Below are positions 37,812 through 48,400 of a stretch of 64,000 nucleotides of DNA, piece by piece. The stretch lies in the NCBI GenBank assembly GCA_902761585.1, contig CACWKX010000002.1:52512-116511 (forward strand). Direction: 5' to 3'. How positions within the stretch are numbered: position 1 is the stretch's first letter; the number at the start of each line of letters is the position of its first letter. This DNA comes from an uncultured Lachnospiraceae bacterium. Its GTDB lineage: Bacteria; Bacillota; Clostridia; Lachnospirales; Lachnospiraceae. The notes below the pieces were generated by a model, which did no database searches, was not told where the DNA came from, and worked only from the letters and a program-made list of their open reading frames with translations. The translations under genes and the position numbers were made by a program.

Positions 37812-40800
37812 TCCTCGTCCTCCGTATCTTCAAACCCCAGCATCCGGACCTCCGGCTCAAGCTTCACGCCGCTCTTCTCCATCACAGCCTCCTGAACCCC
37901 GCGGATCACCCCGCACACGTCCTCCGCCGTTGCCCCGGAAACATTCACGACAAAGCCCGCATGCTTTTCCGAGACCATCGCGCCTCCGACCCTAAACCCT
38001 CTCATGCCGGCTTCATCAATCAATGCCCCGGCATAGTGGCCTTCCGGCCGCTTGAACGTGGAACCTGCGCTTCCGTATTCCAGCGGCTGCTTCTCGGCAC
38101 GCCTGGTCCTCAGATCGTCCATTTTCTCACGGATCGCCAGAGGATCGCCCGGCTCAAGCCTCAGGCTGACGTCCAGCACCGTCATGCCCTCCGTCTGAAT
38201 ACTGGATGTCCTGTACCCGAACCGGCAGTCTTCATTGGAAAGCCGGAGAATCTTCCCATTCTTTGTCAGCACATGGACGGATTCGACGATATCCTTCATC
38301 TCGCCGCCATAAGCGCCTGCGTTCATGAAGACAGCCCCTCCGATCGTACCCGGTATGCCGGAGACACATTCCATCCCGGCCAGGGAAGCCTCCAGCGCCT
38401 TCGCCGCGACCGCCGAAAGCATCGCGCCTGCCTGTGCCTCGACAATGTCTCCCCGTATCCGGATCTGGCTGAGATTCTTCGCCACACGGACGATCACGCC
38501 TCTGTAGCCTGCATCACTGACCAGAAGATTGCTTCCATTTCCGACAACGAAGTACGGAAGCTCCATGCGCCTGAGATACAGAATGGTGTCTGCCAGCTGA
38601 CGCTCCGTCTTCGGTTTCACCAGCAGAGCCGCCGGCCCGCCGATCCGGAAGGTTGTATAGGCGCTCATCGGAGCCCCGGCAGCGACTGCGTCTTCCCCGC
38701 ACAGTGCTGACAGATACGCTTTTGCATCATCCATCTCCCTGTCAAATCCTTTCTTTTCCCCTCTGTGTCTGCGGCTGTAATGGTACAGTGACAGCGCAAA
38801 CAGGATACCGGAGACGATCGTCAGAAGGATCCCTTCTCGGAATCCTTCCGGAATATATACCATCCGGATGGCATGCTGGCCGGTTTCAAGATCGGCCCCC
38901 ATCAGGCAGGATCCGATCTCCGAAAGCTTCTCTTCCTTCCCGTCCACATACAGCCGCCAGCCATTGTCATATGGCAGTGTCAGAAGGAGCACACCTGCTT
39001 TCTTCACATCGATGTCGCCTGTCAGCACATTGCCAGATGCGGAGACATTCTGAAGCTCACTCTCTCTCAGCTTGTCGACAACAGCCTGCTCGGCGCTGTC
39101 CGGGCAGGTATAGATGATCGCCTCCGCGCTGGAACCCAGCTTTGTCGATGCAGTCATCTGCGCCAAATTTTCCCCGTCCGCCGCATTGATCACATAGAGA
39201 TGGTCTGTGAATGTCTCATAGGTTTTGCTGAATTCCGGTGTGGTCAGTTTCAGCTCTGCCACACGCTCCGGCAGATAAGCATAAACCTGCTTTCCGTCCG
39301 GGATCAGGATTTCATTTGCTTCCCCATTCTGCATGGTGAGGTAACGGTCGAGTGTATAGATCGGATCAAGCCCGGCCGCCTTCACCACAAAGTCATTCTG
39401 GACATCGATCGGCGTCCCGGATGAAATGTCCCAGTCCCGGATCTCCGGATTCACCATAAACCCGAGTGCCAGTGCATTTTCATTCTTATAGATGGTCAGG
39501 TTTCCATCCGACGTCTGCTTCTGAAACTGATAGAGCGTGCTGCCGGTTCCCTGTGCGGAAAGGACATACTTGATGCCCAGCACATCGTTCATCAGTTTCG
39601 TGACCCCGTTGTAGCCGTTTTTGTTTGTCCTCGATTCCATACCGATCCGGTCGCAGAAGTTTGTGACCGACTCCTGCATCGTGGAATTGAACATGACGAC
39701 CGCATTGCCTCCGCAGAACAGGGTGACATCCCGCATGCGCTGGGAATCAACCTCCGACCGGAACCAGGTATTGTCATGCATCTGCGGAACGAGTGTCTTG
39801 TATGACTTCTGGTCGTTCAGATAGATGGAACGCGTCACGGAATCGTTGCAGACGACTCCCCAGACAGCCGACACGCCGGACTCACAGATCAGGATGCTTC
39901 CGGCCAGCACAGAAAAAACCAGCCGCCGGATATGATACAGGCGGATCACGAGGAGCAGCACCAGATACCCGCAGAGAAGCAGGAATGTGATCTCGTAGGC
40001 GGAGACCGGATAGGCATTGCCCTCATTGTCCTGCCCCAGCTCCAGATACCAGGCTGCCGCCGCGAAGGATATCGGGATGACGCCGGCGGCAAGGATCCGC
40101 CAGACAGCCAGCTTCGGCACATCTGCGATGGCATCGAACGACATGACCAGCACGATGGCGATATAGATGAACGCAAACCGGTTCGGCAGTCCGTTCTGCT
40201 GATGGAAGCCGTGCCAGATGTAATTCAGAACGTTCATCGAGAAGCTCAGAAACAGAAAGCCCGCCAGGACGCCTTTCGCAATCCTCCTTCTGAGCGCAAT
40301 CCGATTGTCAAGCAGAAACAGGATGCCCAGCAGCATGACGGACACGCCGCAGTATGCATTGAGCCCGACCTGGGAGTTCGATATATTGACCGGTTTGATT
40401 CCTGCAAAATGGGCGAGGCAGAGGTTCACGAAGTCTGTGTAGAACTTGATGACCTTCGGAAAGGTATTCGACTGCATGGATTCCGAGGCCTTCAGCGCCC
40501 GGTAAGCAGGCAGAAGGACGATGCTGCCCATGCCGCCCGCAAGGATGGAATACCAGAAGAAACGCAGAAAACGGCGCAGAAGCAAACCCGGCTTCATTCT
40601 TCCGGTGTACACAAGGCAGACAAACACATACAGGACAGAAAACAGACAGAGCATGAACCCGATGTAATAGTTACACCAGAGCGCCACAAACAGTGCTGCC
40701 CCGTAGAGGCGCCCATCGGAGCGTCCGCTCACACGGCCGCCGTCACCGATGCCGAAAATCTGCTCGATCCCCTTCATGATCAGCGGAAGCATCGCGATGG

Positions 40801-41347
40801 AGTCCAGCCACATAATGTTGAAATAGTACCCGATCATGAAGAAAGAAACCGCATACATCGTCCCGAATGCCGGTGCAAGGAGCCCTGACTTCAGATTTCT
40901 GCGATGCAGATACCAGGTCATGGTTCCGCCGCAGAGTGCGACCTTCAGCAGGATCAGATAGTCCATGAAGTCACAGACATTCGCTGTCGGGACAAGGCCG
41001 ATCAGGAAATTCAGCGGACTTGCCAGATAATAGGCATAGGTTGCCCAGAAGTTGTATCCCAGCCCCGCCGAAAAGGAGTACAGCAGAGAGGAGTGGTGCA
41101 CAAGCTTCTCATGAAATTCCGTGTAGAATGGCAGATACTGGTGAAGAGAGTCAATGATCAGGACCGTCCCGTCCCCAAATGGCCAGACGCCGATCTGAAC
41201 ATACCCGACCAGCATGATCAGCGCCGGGATCGCAAAACCGATCAGAAACCAGCGTCCTGACCCGGCTGCCTTTGCTGTTCTGTCTGCCTTCCGTGTCCTG
41301 GCGGCTTGAAATACTGCACTTTTCTGCGTCATCGTCTGTGTCTGCAT
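37808..41347 (-). CDS. murB: In-frame fusion: YfhO-family membrane protein plus UDP-N-acetylmuramate dehydrogenase (MurB domain 37808-38734)
   Basis: One stop-free ORF. N-part: IDSLHQY, YYLASP, NGLPNRFAF, PYDNGW. C-part: TTFRIGGPA, GNGSNLL, GIPGTIGGAVFMNAGAYG, SAGSTFKRP, SEKHAGF, LEPEV. Confidence 0.93.
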   Translation of the reverse strand: MQTQTMTQKSAVFQAARTRKADRTAKAAGSGRWFLIGFAIPALIMLVGYVQIGVWPFGDGTVLIIDSLHQYLPFYTEFHEKLVHHSSLLYSFSAGLGYNFWATYAYYLASPLNFLIGLVPTANVCDFMDYLILLKVALCGGTMTWYLHRRNLKSGLLAPAFGTMYAVSFFMIGYYFNIMWLDSIAMLPLIMKGIEQIFGIGDGGRVSGRSDGRLYGAALFVALWCNYYIGFMLCLFSVLYVFVCLVYTGRMKPGLLLRRFLRFFWYSILAGGMGSIVLLPAYRALKASESMQSNTFPKVIKFYTDFVNLCLAHFAGIKPVNISNSQVGLNAYCGVSVMLLGILFLLDNRIALRRRIAKGVLAGFLFLSFSMNVLNYIWHGFHQQNGLPNRFAFIYIAIVLVMSFDAIADVPKLAVWRILAAGVIPISFAAAAWYLELGQDNEGNAYPVSAYEITFLLLCGYLVLLLVIRLYHIRRLVFSVLAGSILICESGVSAVWGVVCNDSVTRSIYLNDQKSYKTLVPQMHDNTWFRSEVDSQRMRDVTLFCGGNAVVMFNSTMQESVTNFCDRIGMESRTNKNGYNGVTKLMNDVLGIKYVLSAQGTGSTLYQFQKQTSDGNLTIYKNENALALGFMVNPEIRDWDISSGTPIDVQNDFVVKAAGLDPIYTLDRYLTMQNGEANEILIPDGKQVYAYLPERVAELKLTTPEFSKTYETFTDHLYVINAADGENLAQMTASTKLGSSAEAIIYTCPDSAEQAVVDKLRESELQNVSASGNVLTGDIDVKKAGVLLLTLPYDNGWRLYVDGKEEKLSEIGSCLMGADLETGQHAIRMVYIPEGFREGILLTIVSGILFALSLYHYSRRHRGEKKGFDREMDDAKAYLSALCGEDAVAAGAPMSAYTTFRIGGPAALLVKPKTERQLADTILYLRRMELPYFVVGNGSNLLVSDAGYRGVIVRVAKNLSQIRIRGDIVEAQAGAMLSAVAAKALEASLAGMECVSGIPGTIGGAVFMNAGAYGGEMKDIVESVHVLTKNGKILRLSNEDCRFGYRTSSIQTEGMTVLDVSLRLEPGDPLAIREKMDDLRTRRAEKQPLEYGSAGSTFKRPEGHYAGALIDEAGMRGFRVGGAMVSEKHAGFVVNVSGATAEDVCGVIRGVQEAVMEKSGVKLEPEVRMLGFEDTEDEE

Positions 41348-41384
41348 ATGCCTCAGGCACTCCTTCCTGCCTGCATGTTCTCCT

Positions 41385-44300
41385 TCAGGGGGCGAGGCTG
41401 ACCGGTATCGCCTCGCCAAGCGACAGCGAATACAGCCAGGCTTCCCCGACCGGTTTTCCGGTCAGCCGGGTGAGGGCAGACGCATAGAGCAGAAACTGTG
41501 TCCGGTACCTCCGCACCAGACTCTCCTTCTGCTCCGGTCTGCAATAATCTGTCTTGTAATCGACAAGAACCAGGTGTCCGGCCTCCTCAAACCAGGCGTC
41601 AATCGTCCCCTGGATCAGCACAGGCTCCGCTCCTGCTTCTTTCTCCGCACCTGAAAACAGGCTTCCCGCCGGAACGGACAGCACGAACGGATTCTCGCGG
41701 TGGAGCACCCCTTTCCCGGCTGCCTTCTTCATCCGCGCGCCAATTTCAGAGTTCAGAAAGCGGACGATCCGTCCGGCCTGAACCGCCTTTTTCTCGCCTT
41801 CGGTGATTTTATCACATTGAACCATAGTTTCCAACCAACGGAGGACTGAGTTCAGACCGGCATCCAGGGTGAAATCATAGTCAGCCAGAACGCGATGATA
41901 GACCGTCCCGGCCGCTGCCCCTCTGACAGGCTTCTGCTGCGTCTGTTCCTGCATGAACGCAGGGACAACCCTGTTCCGCTCTCCGCTATCCTGCCCTTGC
42001 GTGCCTTGCCCATGGCCGGCATGAACGCATACGGCATCCTCCATGCTTCGGTCCGGCTGCTGCGTCCAGGATGCGGGGGCCGCCTCCTCCAGCTGCTTCA
42101 TTTCCGCCTCGTAGCCCGGCCGCTTCAGCTCCGATACGGTCACCTTGGCCGGAATCTCGGACAGATCCGGCCATGGGTAACGGGATCCAAGCTGCCTCCT
42201 GAGCTGATCGTGAAGCGGCCGGTCAAAAACCTCCCCCGGCTGCACATCAAACAGTGCCGCCAGGTGTTCTCTGGATTCCTCCGCTGCATGCTGCTGCCTA
42301 GCTGCCACCTCCAGGCCGGTCCGCACGAGAAAGCTTCCTTCCAGCCCAGCTACGGGATTTTCCGCAGGGCTTTGGGGCAAATCCGCCATCTCCCTGAAGC
42401 GTCCGCCCTCCGGCTGGTGCCGGACGAGCGCTTCTGACACCCATGTCAGACAGCCATCCGCTCCCAGAATCAGGCTTTCGGGCAGCTTTTCTGTCATGCA
42501 GCCTGTCGCGGTAAAAAGCGACTTGACAAACGTCTCCCGGTCCTTCACGGTCCCGGTCAGAATCAGTTTTTCCTCCGCCCGGGTAAGCGCCACATAGAGG
42601 ACGCGAAGCTCTTCCCCGATCCCTTCACGGATCACCCGCTCCGCTGCCGCGCTTCTTATCAGCGTCGGCACCTGAACCCGGCGGTCCGGATCAATGTAAT
42701 TCATGCCCACCCCGATTCCGGCTTCTCGCACAAACATGGCCGAAGCGTCCTGCCGGTTGAACCTCCGTCCCAGCCCGGCGACAAATACGATCGGGAATTC
42801 CAGTCCCTTGCTCGCGTGAATCGTCATGATCCGGACCAGATCCTCGCTTCCGTTCTCCGCGAGCGCTGCCCCGAAATCCACCTCGTAGCGGATCAGTTTG
42901 TCAATATACCGCACAAAGTGAAACAGTCCTCTGTAGCTGGTCTGCTCATAGGCGATGGCCTTCTCCACCAGCATATCAAGATTGGCCTTCTTCTGACTGC
43001 CGCCCTCGGATGCCTCAGACACAGCGAGAAATCCGGTTTCATCGTAAATCTGCCACAGAAGCTGGTGGATCGGTGTGTCACTGACATGGCTTCTCAGCCT
43101 GTCCGTCATCTCCCAGAACTGCCTGAGCTTCTCATAAAGCACCGCCTCCTGCTGCGCTGAGAATCCTCCTTCCGGCCAGGGTCCCGGCGTCTGATCCGAG
43201 TGTCCTTTGTCCGTCTGTTCTGTTTTCTTCTGCACAGCACCGGCGGGCCTGTCTGAATCCTTTTGTTTTTCTGCCCGGGCGTGGGCATATACAGACAGAA
43301 AGGTTTCCGCACAGTCATACAGAGAATCTTTTCTCCTGCCCGCCTTCAGCATGGAGAGCTCGTCGTCCGTCAGTCTTCCGATATCGGAGCGAAGAACAGC
43401 CGCAAGCGGAATGTCCTGCCGCGGATTGTCCAGGACATCCAGGTAAGCCAGGATGGTCTGAACCTCCGGCGCCGAGAAATACCCGGTTTTCGAGCCGGAA
43501 CGGTTCGGAATTCCATGGGCAGACAGCACCTCGGAATAGGTATTGGCCCAGTCGGAGGCTGTCCGGAGCAGAATGACAATATCACGGAACCCGGCGGGAC
43601 GGTAGGCCCCCTTTTCCTTGTCCCAGACCGGATCATGACCGACGATCTGGAGGATCCGGGCTGCCGTCACCTGCGCCTCCGCATGCATCGCATCCGGGAG
43701 CGGTTTCTCCCCGCTTCCGGCTTCATCATCTGCGGCATCTCCCGGCTCGACAAGGATCAGCTCCGGCCTGCAGATCGTCTTCTCCTGTCCCTTCCAGGGC
43801 TCCGGATAAGCCTCGAACGCGGCACCCGGATACAGAGATTCATCTGCCCCGTATTCAACGCCTCCGACCTCCCGCCGCATGATCTGCCGGAAGATCAGGT
43901 TCACGGCCTCAAGCACCTCTTTTCGGGAGCGGAAGTTCTTATGCAGATCGATTCGCAGCTGGCGGGGCTGCTGCGGCTGCACACCCGGTCCTGCCTGCAC
44001 GCCTTCCTCCCCATTCGGGTTTTCTGCCATTTTCCGATAGCTTTCGTACTTCTTCATGAAAATACCGGGGTCGGACATCCGGAACCGGTAGATGCTCTGC
44101 TTGACATCTCCCACCATGAACCGGTTGTATACGCCCCTGCTTTCCCTGGATACACTCGACAGAAGCAGCTCCTGGATCTCATTGGAATCCTGGTACTCGT
44201 CGATGGCGATCTCCTCAAAGTAGTCCTGGTACTCCCGCGCAGCCTGTGTCGGCACGATGTCTCCATGCTCATCCTTTTCAATGAGCACCTTCAGCGCAAG

Positions 44301-45395
44301 ATGGGCAGTATCCGTGAAATCCAGAATATTCTTTCTGGTCTTCTCCTCGGTGAAGACCTCCTCAAAGCGGTCTGCAAGCCGGACCAGGACGGCAAAATCC
44401 GCTCCTGTCCGCTTCATCAGCTCCGCCTCCTCCGGGAGCGGACGCAGGAAATATTTATCCCTGAGGCTTCCGAGCTTTTTCTTCCAGCTGTCCCGAAGGT
44501 CCGCAACCATCTGCACCTTGACAGCATCGTATGGTTCCTCCCCCTTTTTTTCCTTCTTCGAGATTCTGGCAAATTTCAGCTCGGAAAATAAAGCGCTCAG
44601 CTGATCATAGGAACCCTCTCCCATCAGCTGCAGAACCAGTTCTCTGTCAGACAGCAGCGCCGGCTGCGCGGACTTCGGGCCTCCCGGCAGCGCACAGAGG
44701 GCAAGCGTCTGATCGATGTTCTCCAGAATGTCCTGAAGCTGCGTATGGACAACATCGAGAAGCTGCGGGAGCCATGTCCAGGAGGACGGTTCCTCCTGAT
44801 ACTGCCTCAGGCACGCATGCCGCCACGCCTTCGGCCAGGGATGCGACGACGAGCTTTCCCAGAAATCGAGCACCATCCCCTCAAGGGCTGCATCCGATAT
44901 GCCGGAGACATAACAGTCAGAGAAGCGCAGAAAATCCGGATCCCCCTCCTTGTATGCCTCCTCCAGCACTGCCGAGATGAGGTCTGCCCGCATCAGCTTG
45001 AGCTCGCCCTCATCACCGATCCGGAAAGACGGGTCGAGCCCGATCTGCTGGTAATGTTCCCGGATCACCATCAGGAAGAATTTGTCGATGGTCATGATAT
45101 GGTCGCTGTACAGAAGCGTCATTTGATGCCGGAGCTGTTCATTTCCGGGCTTCTCCTCATAGCGCGCGGTCACAGCGTCCCGGATCCGCTCCCGGAGCTG
45201 GCTTGTCGCTGCCCGTGTAAATGTCACAATCAGAAGCCTGTCCAGGTCCACGGGGTGCACCGGATCCAGAATCTCACGGAGGATCCGTTCAACCAGCACC
45301 GCGGTCTTGCCGGAGCCGGCTGCTGCCGAGACAAGGAGGCTGCTGCCTCTTGTCTCGATGACTTTCTTCTGTTCATCCGTCCAGCTTCTTCCCAT
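41385..45395 (-). CDS. addA: Helicase-nuclease subunit AddA
   Basis: SAAAGSGKT, IDEYQDSN, VGDVKQSIYRFR, TIHASKGLEF, RVLYVALTRA, LVDYKTD. Confidence 0.97.
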   Translation of the reverse strand: MGRSWTDEQKKVIETRGSSLLVSAAAGSGKTAVLVERILREILDPVHPVDLDRLLIVTFTRAATSQLRERIRDAVTARYEEKPGNEQLRHQMTLLYSDHIMTIDKFFLMVIREHYQQIGLDPSFRIGDEGELKLMRADLISAVLEEAYKEGDPDFLRFSDCYVSGISDAALEGMVLDFWESSSSHPWPKAWRHACLRQYQEEPSSWTWLPQLLDVVHTQLQDILENIDQTLALCALPGGPKSAQPALLSDRELVLQLMGEGSYDQLSALFSELKFARISKKEKKGEEPYDAVKVQMVADLRDSWKKKLGSLRDKYFLRPLPEEAELMKRTGADFAVLVRLADRFEEVFTEEKTRKNILDFTDTAHLALKVLIEKDEHGDIVPTQAAREYQDYFEEIAIDEYQDSNEIQELLLSSVSRESRGVYNRFMVGDVKQSIYRFRMSDPGIFMKKYESYRKMAENPNGEEGVQAGPGVQPQQPRQLRIDLHKNFRSRKEVLEAVNLIFRQIMRREVGGVEYGADESLYPGAAFEAYPEPWKGQEKTICRPELILVEPGDAADDEAGSGEKPLPDAMHAEAQVTAARILQIVGHDPVWDKEKGAYRPAGFRDIVILLRTASDWANTYSEVLSAHGIPNRSGSKTGYFSAPEVQTILAYLDVLDNPRQDIPLAAVLRSDIGRLTDDELSMLKAGRRKDSLYDCAETFLSVYAHARAEKQKDSDRPAGAVQKKTEQTDKGHSDQTPGPWPEGGFSAQQEAVLYEKLRQFWEMTDRLRSHVSDTPIHQLLWQIYDETGFLAVSEASEGGSQKKANLDMLVEKAIAYEQTSYRGLFHFVRYIDKLIRYEVDFGAALAENGSEDLVRIMTIHASKGLEFPIVFVAGLGRRFNRQDASAMFVREAGIGVGMNYIDPDRRVQVPTLIRSAAAERVIREGIGEELRVLYVALTRAEEKLILTGTVKDRETFVKSLFTATGCMTEKLPESLILGADGCLTWVSEALVRHQPEGGRFREMADLPQSPAENPVAGLEGSFLVRTGLEVAARQQHAAEESREHLAALFDVQPGEVFDRPLHDQLRRQLGSRYPWPDLSEIPAKVTVSELKRPGYEAEMKQLEEAAPASWTQQPDRSMEDAVCVHAGHGQGTQGQDSGERNRVVPAFMQEQTQQKPVRGAAAGTVYHRVLADYDFTLDAGLNSVLRWLETMVQCDKITEGEKKAVQAGRIVRFLNSEIGARMKKAAGKGVLHRENPFVLSVPAGSLFSGAEKEAGAEPVLIQGTIDAWFEEAGHLVLVDYKTDYCRPEQKESLVRRYRTQFLLYASALTRLTGKPVGEAWLYSLSLGEAIPVSLAP

Positions 45396-45463
45396 ACGGT
45401 CCTCTTTCTCCTGTGCTTCTGATTCTCTCTTTTTCCCGGCATCTGCCCGGAGTCCTTCTGCTT

Positions 45464-48400
45464 TCAGTCCATCTCTGTTTCCTTCCGGTCTCCGGCTGAT
45501 TCTGTCTCCTCCGCCATCCTCTTCCAGATCTCATCCTGCGGAATGTTCGGCATCTGCCGGTACCTCATCTGCGGGTCATGTCCTGTAAACCGGCAGACAG
45601 CCTTCATCGCGCAGTAGCTGCAGGCATCCATCCGGTCATTTTCCTTCAGAGGAGACGGCGCGATCTCCCCTCCGAGAATCCGCTCTCCCGTCTCAATCAT
45701 CTTCCTTCTGGCATATGCGGACAGGAGGGACAGCTTCCGCGCGTCTGCCACGCTGGATCTTGCCGCAGAGATGCTTCCGTCTTTATTGAGCGTCACCGGC
45801 GCGACCTCAGACAGAAGGCCCGGGTCTGAGCTGAAAAGGGAGACGGCCTCCCTGTCATCCAGAATCAGCCCGCTTGGCCGGATTTTCCGGGTTCTTTCCG
45901 CCTCAAGGGAAGCATCATCCAGATCGGCGTATCTGCTGTCCAGGACCGGATCCCGCACAGGAAAGTAGAGAAGGCCCGCACAGACAACCTCCTTCTTCCT
46001 GTGGCGCTGGCGCTCCATCCGCAGCGCAGTGTCCATATAAACCGGTAGCTGGAGCTCCGTCCCCATCCAGACCTCGTTCAAGTCAAACCCTGTCGAACCG
46101 GTCTTGTAATCGACAACCTTGATAAAGAGACGACTGTCATCCCCTCCGGACGCCTCGTCAACCCGGTCAATCCGTCCGGACAGATTCATCCGGCTTCCAT
46201 CTGGGAAAAAAAGAGGCTCCGCTGTCCTTCTGTCCCTTGAATCAAATCGCGTCTCAAACAGCGCCGGTTCAAAATCTCCCGCTGCAAGCTGCATCTTCAG
46301 GACAGCCGCGGCATGGCGGAAGATCCGGAGAAGCCGCTGGTACTGTCCGGCGCTCCGGAACGTATCCTCAAATTTCCCGCCGGACGTTTCCAGGCAGGCC
46401 TGTCTGAGGCTTTCCTCTGCCCACCTGTCAAGCGCTTCCGGGGGCAGGGTTTTCCACGAAACATCCCGGCTTCCCTTCACCCGCGCCGATAAAAGCTCCA
46501 GCCCCCTGTGCATCAGCGTTCCGACATCGGAGGCCTGCACCTCGTATCGTCTGCGCTCCTGAAGTCCCAGCCCGTAGACCGCATATTGCCTGAACGGACA
46601 GAGTGCAAATGTCTCCAGCCTTGAGACGGATCCCTCCAGGTTGTCACCGTACAGTTTTCTGGCGGTCTCACGGCTCAGCCGCGGCAAAGGCACAATGTCC
46701 AGTGCCTTCAGGAGCCTGCGGGTCTGCTCTGGTCTTTCTGCGGCAGACGCCAGATACAGCTCCCGGAGCATGGGCGTTTGCTCCTCCTTCTCCGCTTCCG
46801 TCCAGTCTCTGCCCGCCGCCAGAACTCCCGCCAGCGCATCCGGCGCTTCTTTGGGAAGATAGACTGTCCCGGCCAGGCCGCCCGGCAAGCCATCCTGGAT
46901 CTCAATCTTCGGGAAGAGCTGGCGGATCTGCAGCAGCGCTGCAGCCGGCCGGAGTATACTTCCGTCCATCGTCGTCCGGGAACAGGAAAGAATCAGAAAA
47001 TCCGAAGGCTTTGTCAAGCTCAGATACAGGTAGAACTGCCGGACTGCAGCTTCCTCCCTTGCGGATGGAGCCAGATGGAACGCCTGACGTCTCAGATAAT
47101 CCCGTTCCACATCGGTCAGGATCCCGCCTTCATGGCTTCTCCCCGGCACAAACTCATCATTCATGCCAAGAAACAGAATCGCCCTGACATTCGTAATCCT
47201 CGACCGCATCAGATCTCCGATCTGCACCTCGTCGATTCCCGGCGGGACAATGCCGATCTTTGACTCCGAGAGTCCGGCCTCCAGAATCTGCTCAAACTGC
47301 GACCGCCTGATCTTCTCGTCTCCAAGAAGAGAAACCGCCTCGTCAAGCACCTCTGCGATGGCGGGGGCTGCCTGGCTGTACACCTCGGAGTCAGCGCGCA
47401 GTCCGCTCTCCTCCCGTTCCCGGGCGAGAAGCGCCAGCTTCCCCTGGAGGTCAAAGGCATCTGTCAGCTCCCACAGAGCTCTCGCGTAGTCTTTCAGTTT
47501 TCCTGCCGAAAACCTGCATACGCCGGCAAATGGCTCAAAACGCTCCGCGAACGATTCCCGCAGTTCCTCAAGCTCGGCGATCTCCTCCTCCCGGCAGTCT
47601 CCTGCCGGGAGGCTCCACCTCTGTGTCCAGGCCTTATGCCCGCGAATGCCGGCCGCCAGCAGATAGTTTTCGAGAATGTCCACCGTCTCCCGGTCATCGA
47701 ACACGAAGCCGGTGCGGAAGAACGCCATCATTGACTCATAACTGTAGTTGGCATCCAGGATGGCAAATGCCGCCCTGACAAATTCAAAAGCCGGATTCAG
47801 CGTGACCGGCACCGACCGGTCGACAAAATACGGGATTTCCGCTCTGCCGAATGCCCGTCTCAGATGCTCCGCGTACGTCGGAAAGTCCCCTGCCACAACG
47901 GCAATGTCCCGGTATCGAAGCGTTTCTCCGTCATTCTCATTCGTCCGGGTCAGCCTGCGTATCCACGCGACCGCAGCCTGTGCCTCCTCTGCCGGATTGG
48001 CGCAGGACAGAATCCGGATCTGATGCCTGCCGCTCTGCCCCGGGAAAGGGTTCCGCCTTCCAGGCCGGAGCAGGTGCGCTTCCAGATACTGAAGCTCACT
48101 CCCCTCCTTGAACCTGCCTGTTCCGGACTGTTCCATGACGAGCGGGGGCTCCATGACCGTCCCCGTCTCTGCGGCAATGCGCCCGAGTGCCTGAACCGTC
48201 TTCTTTGTCAGCGCGAACAGCTCCTCCTCACGCGGCCTGCTGAATCCATCCACCTTCGCGTCGATCGTGAAGGCGGCCGTCACCCACTCCGCTTTCCGCA
48301 TCAGTCCGCTCAGCACATCCAGCTGCGCAGGTGTGAAGCCTGTGAACCCGTCCAGATAGATACGGCTCCCCTCCAGCATCCTGGATGCCGGAATTCTCCC

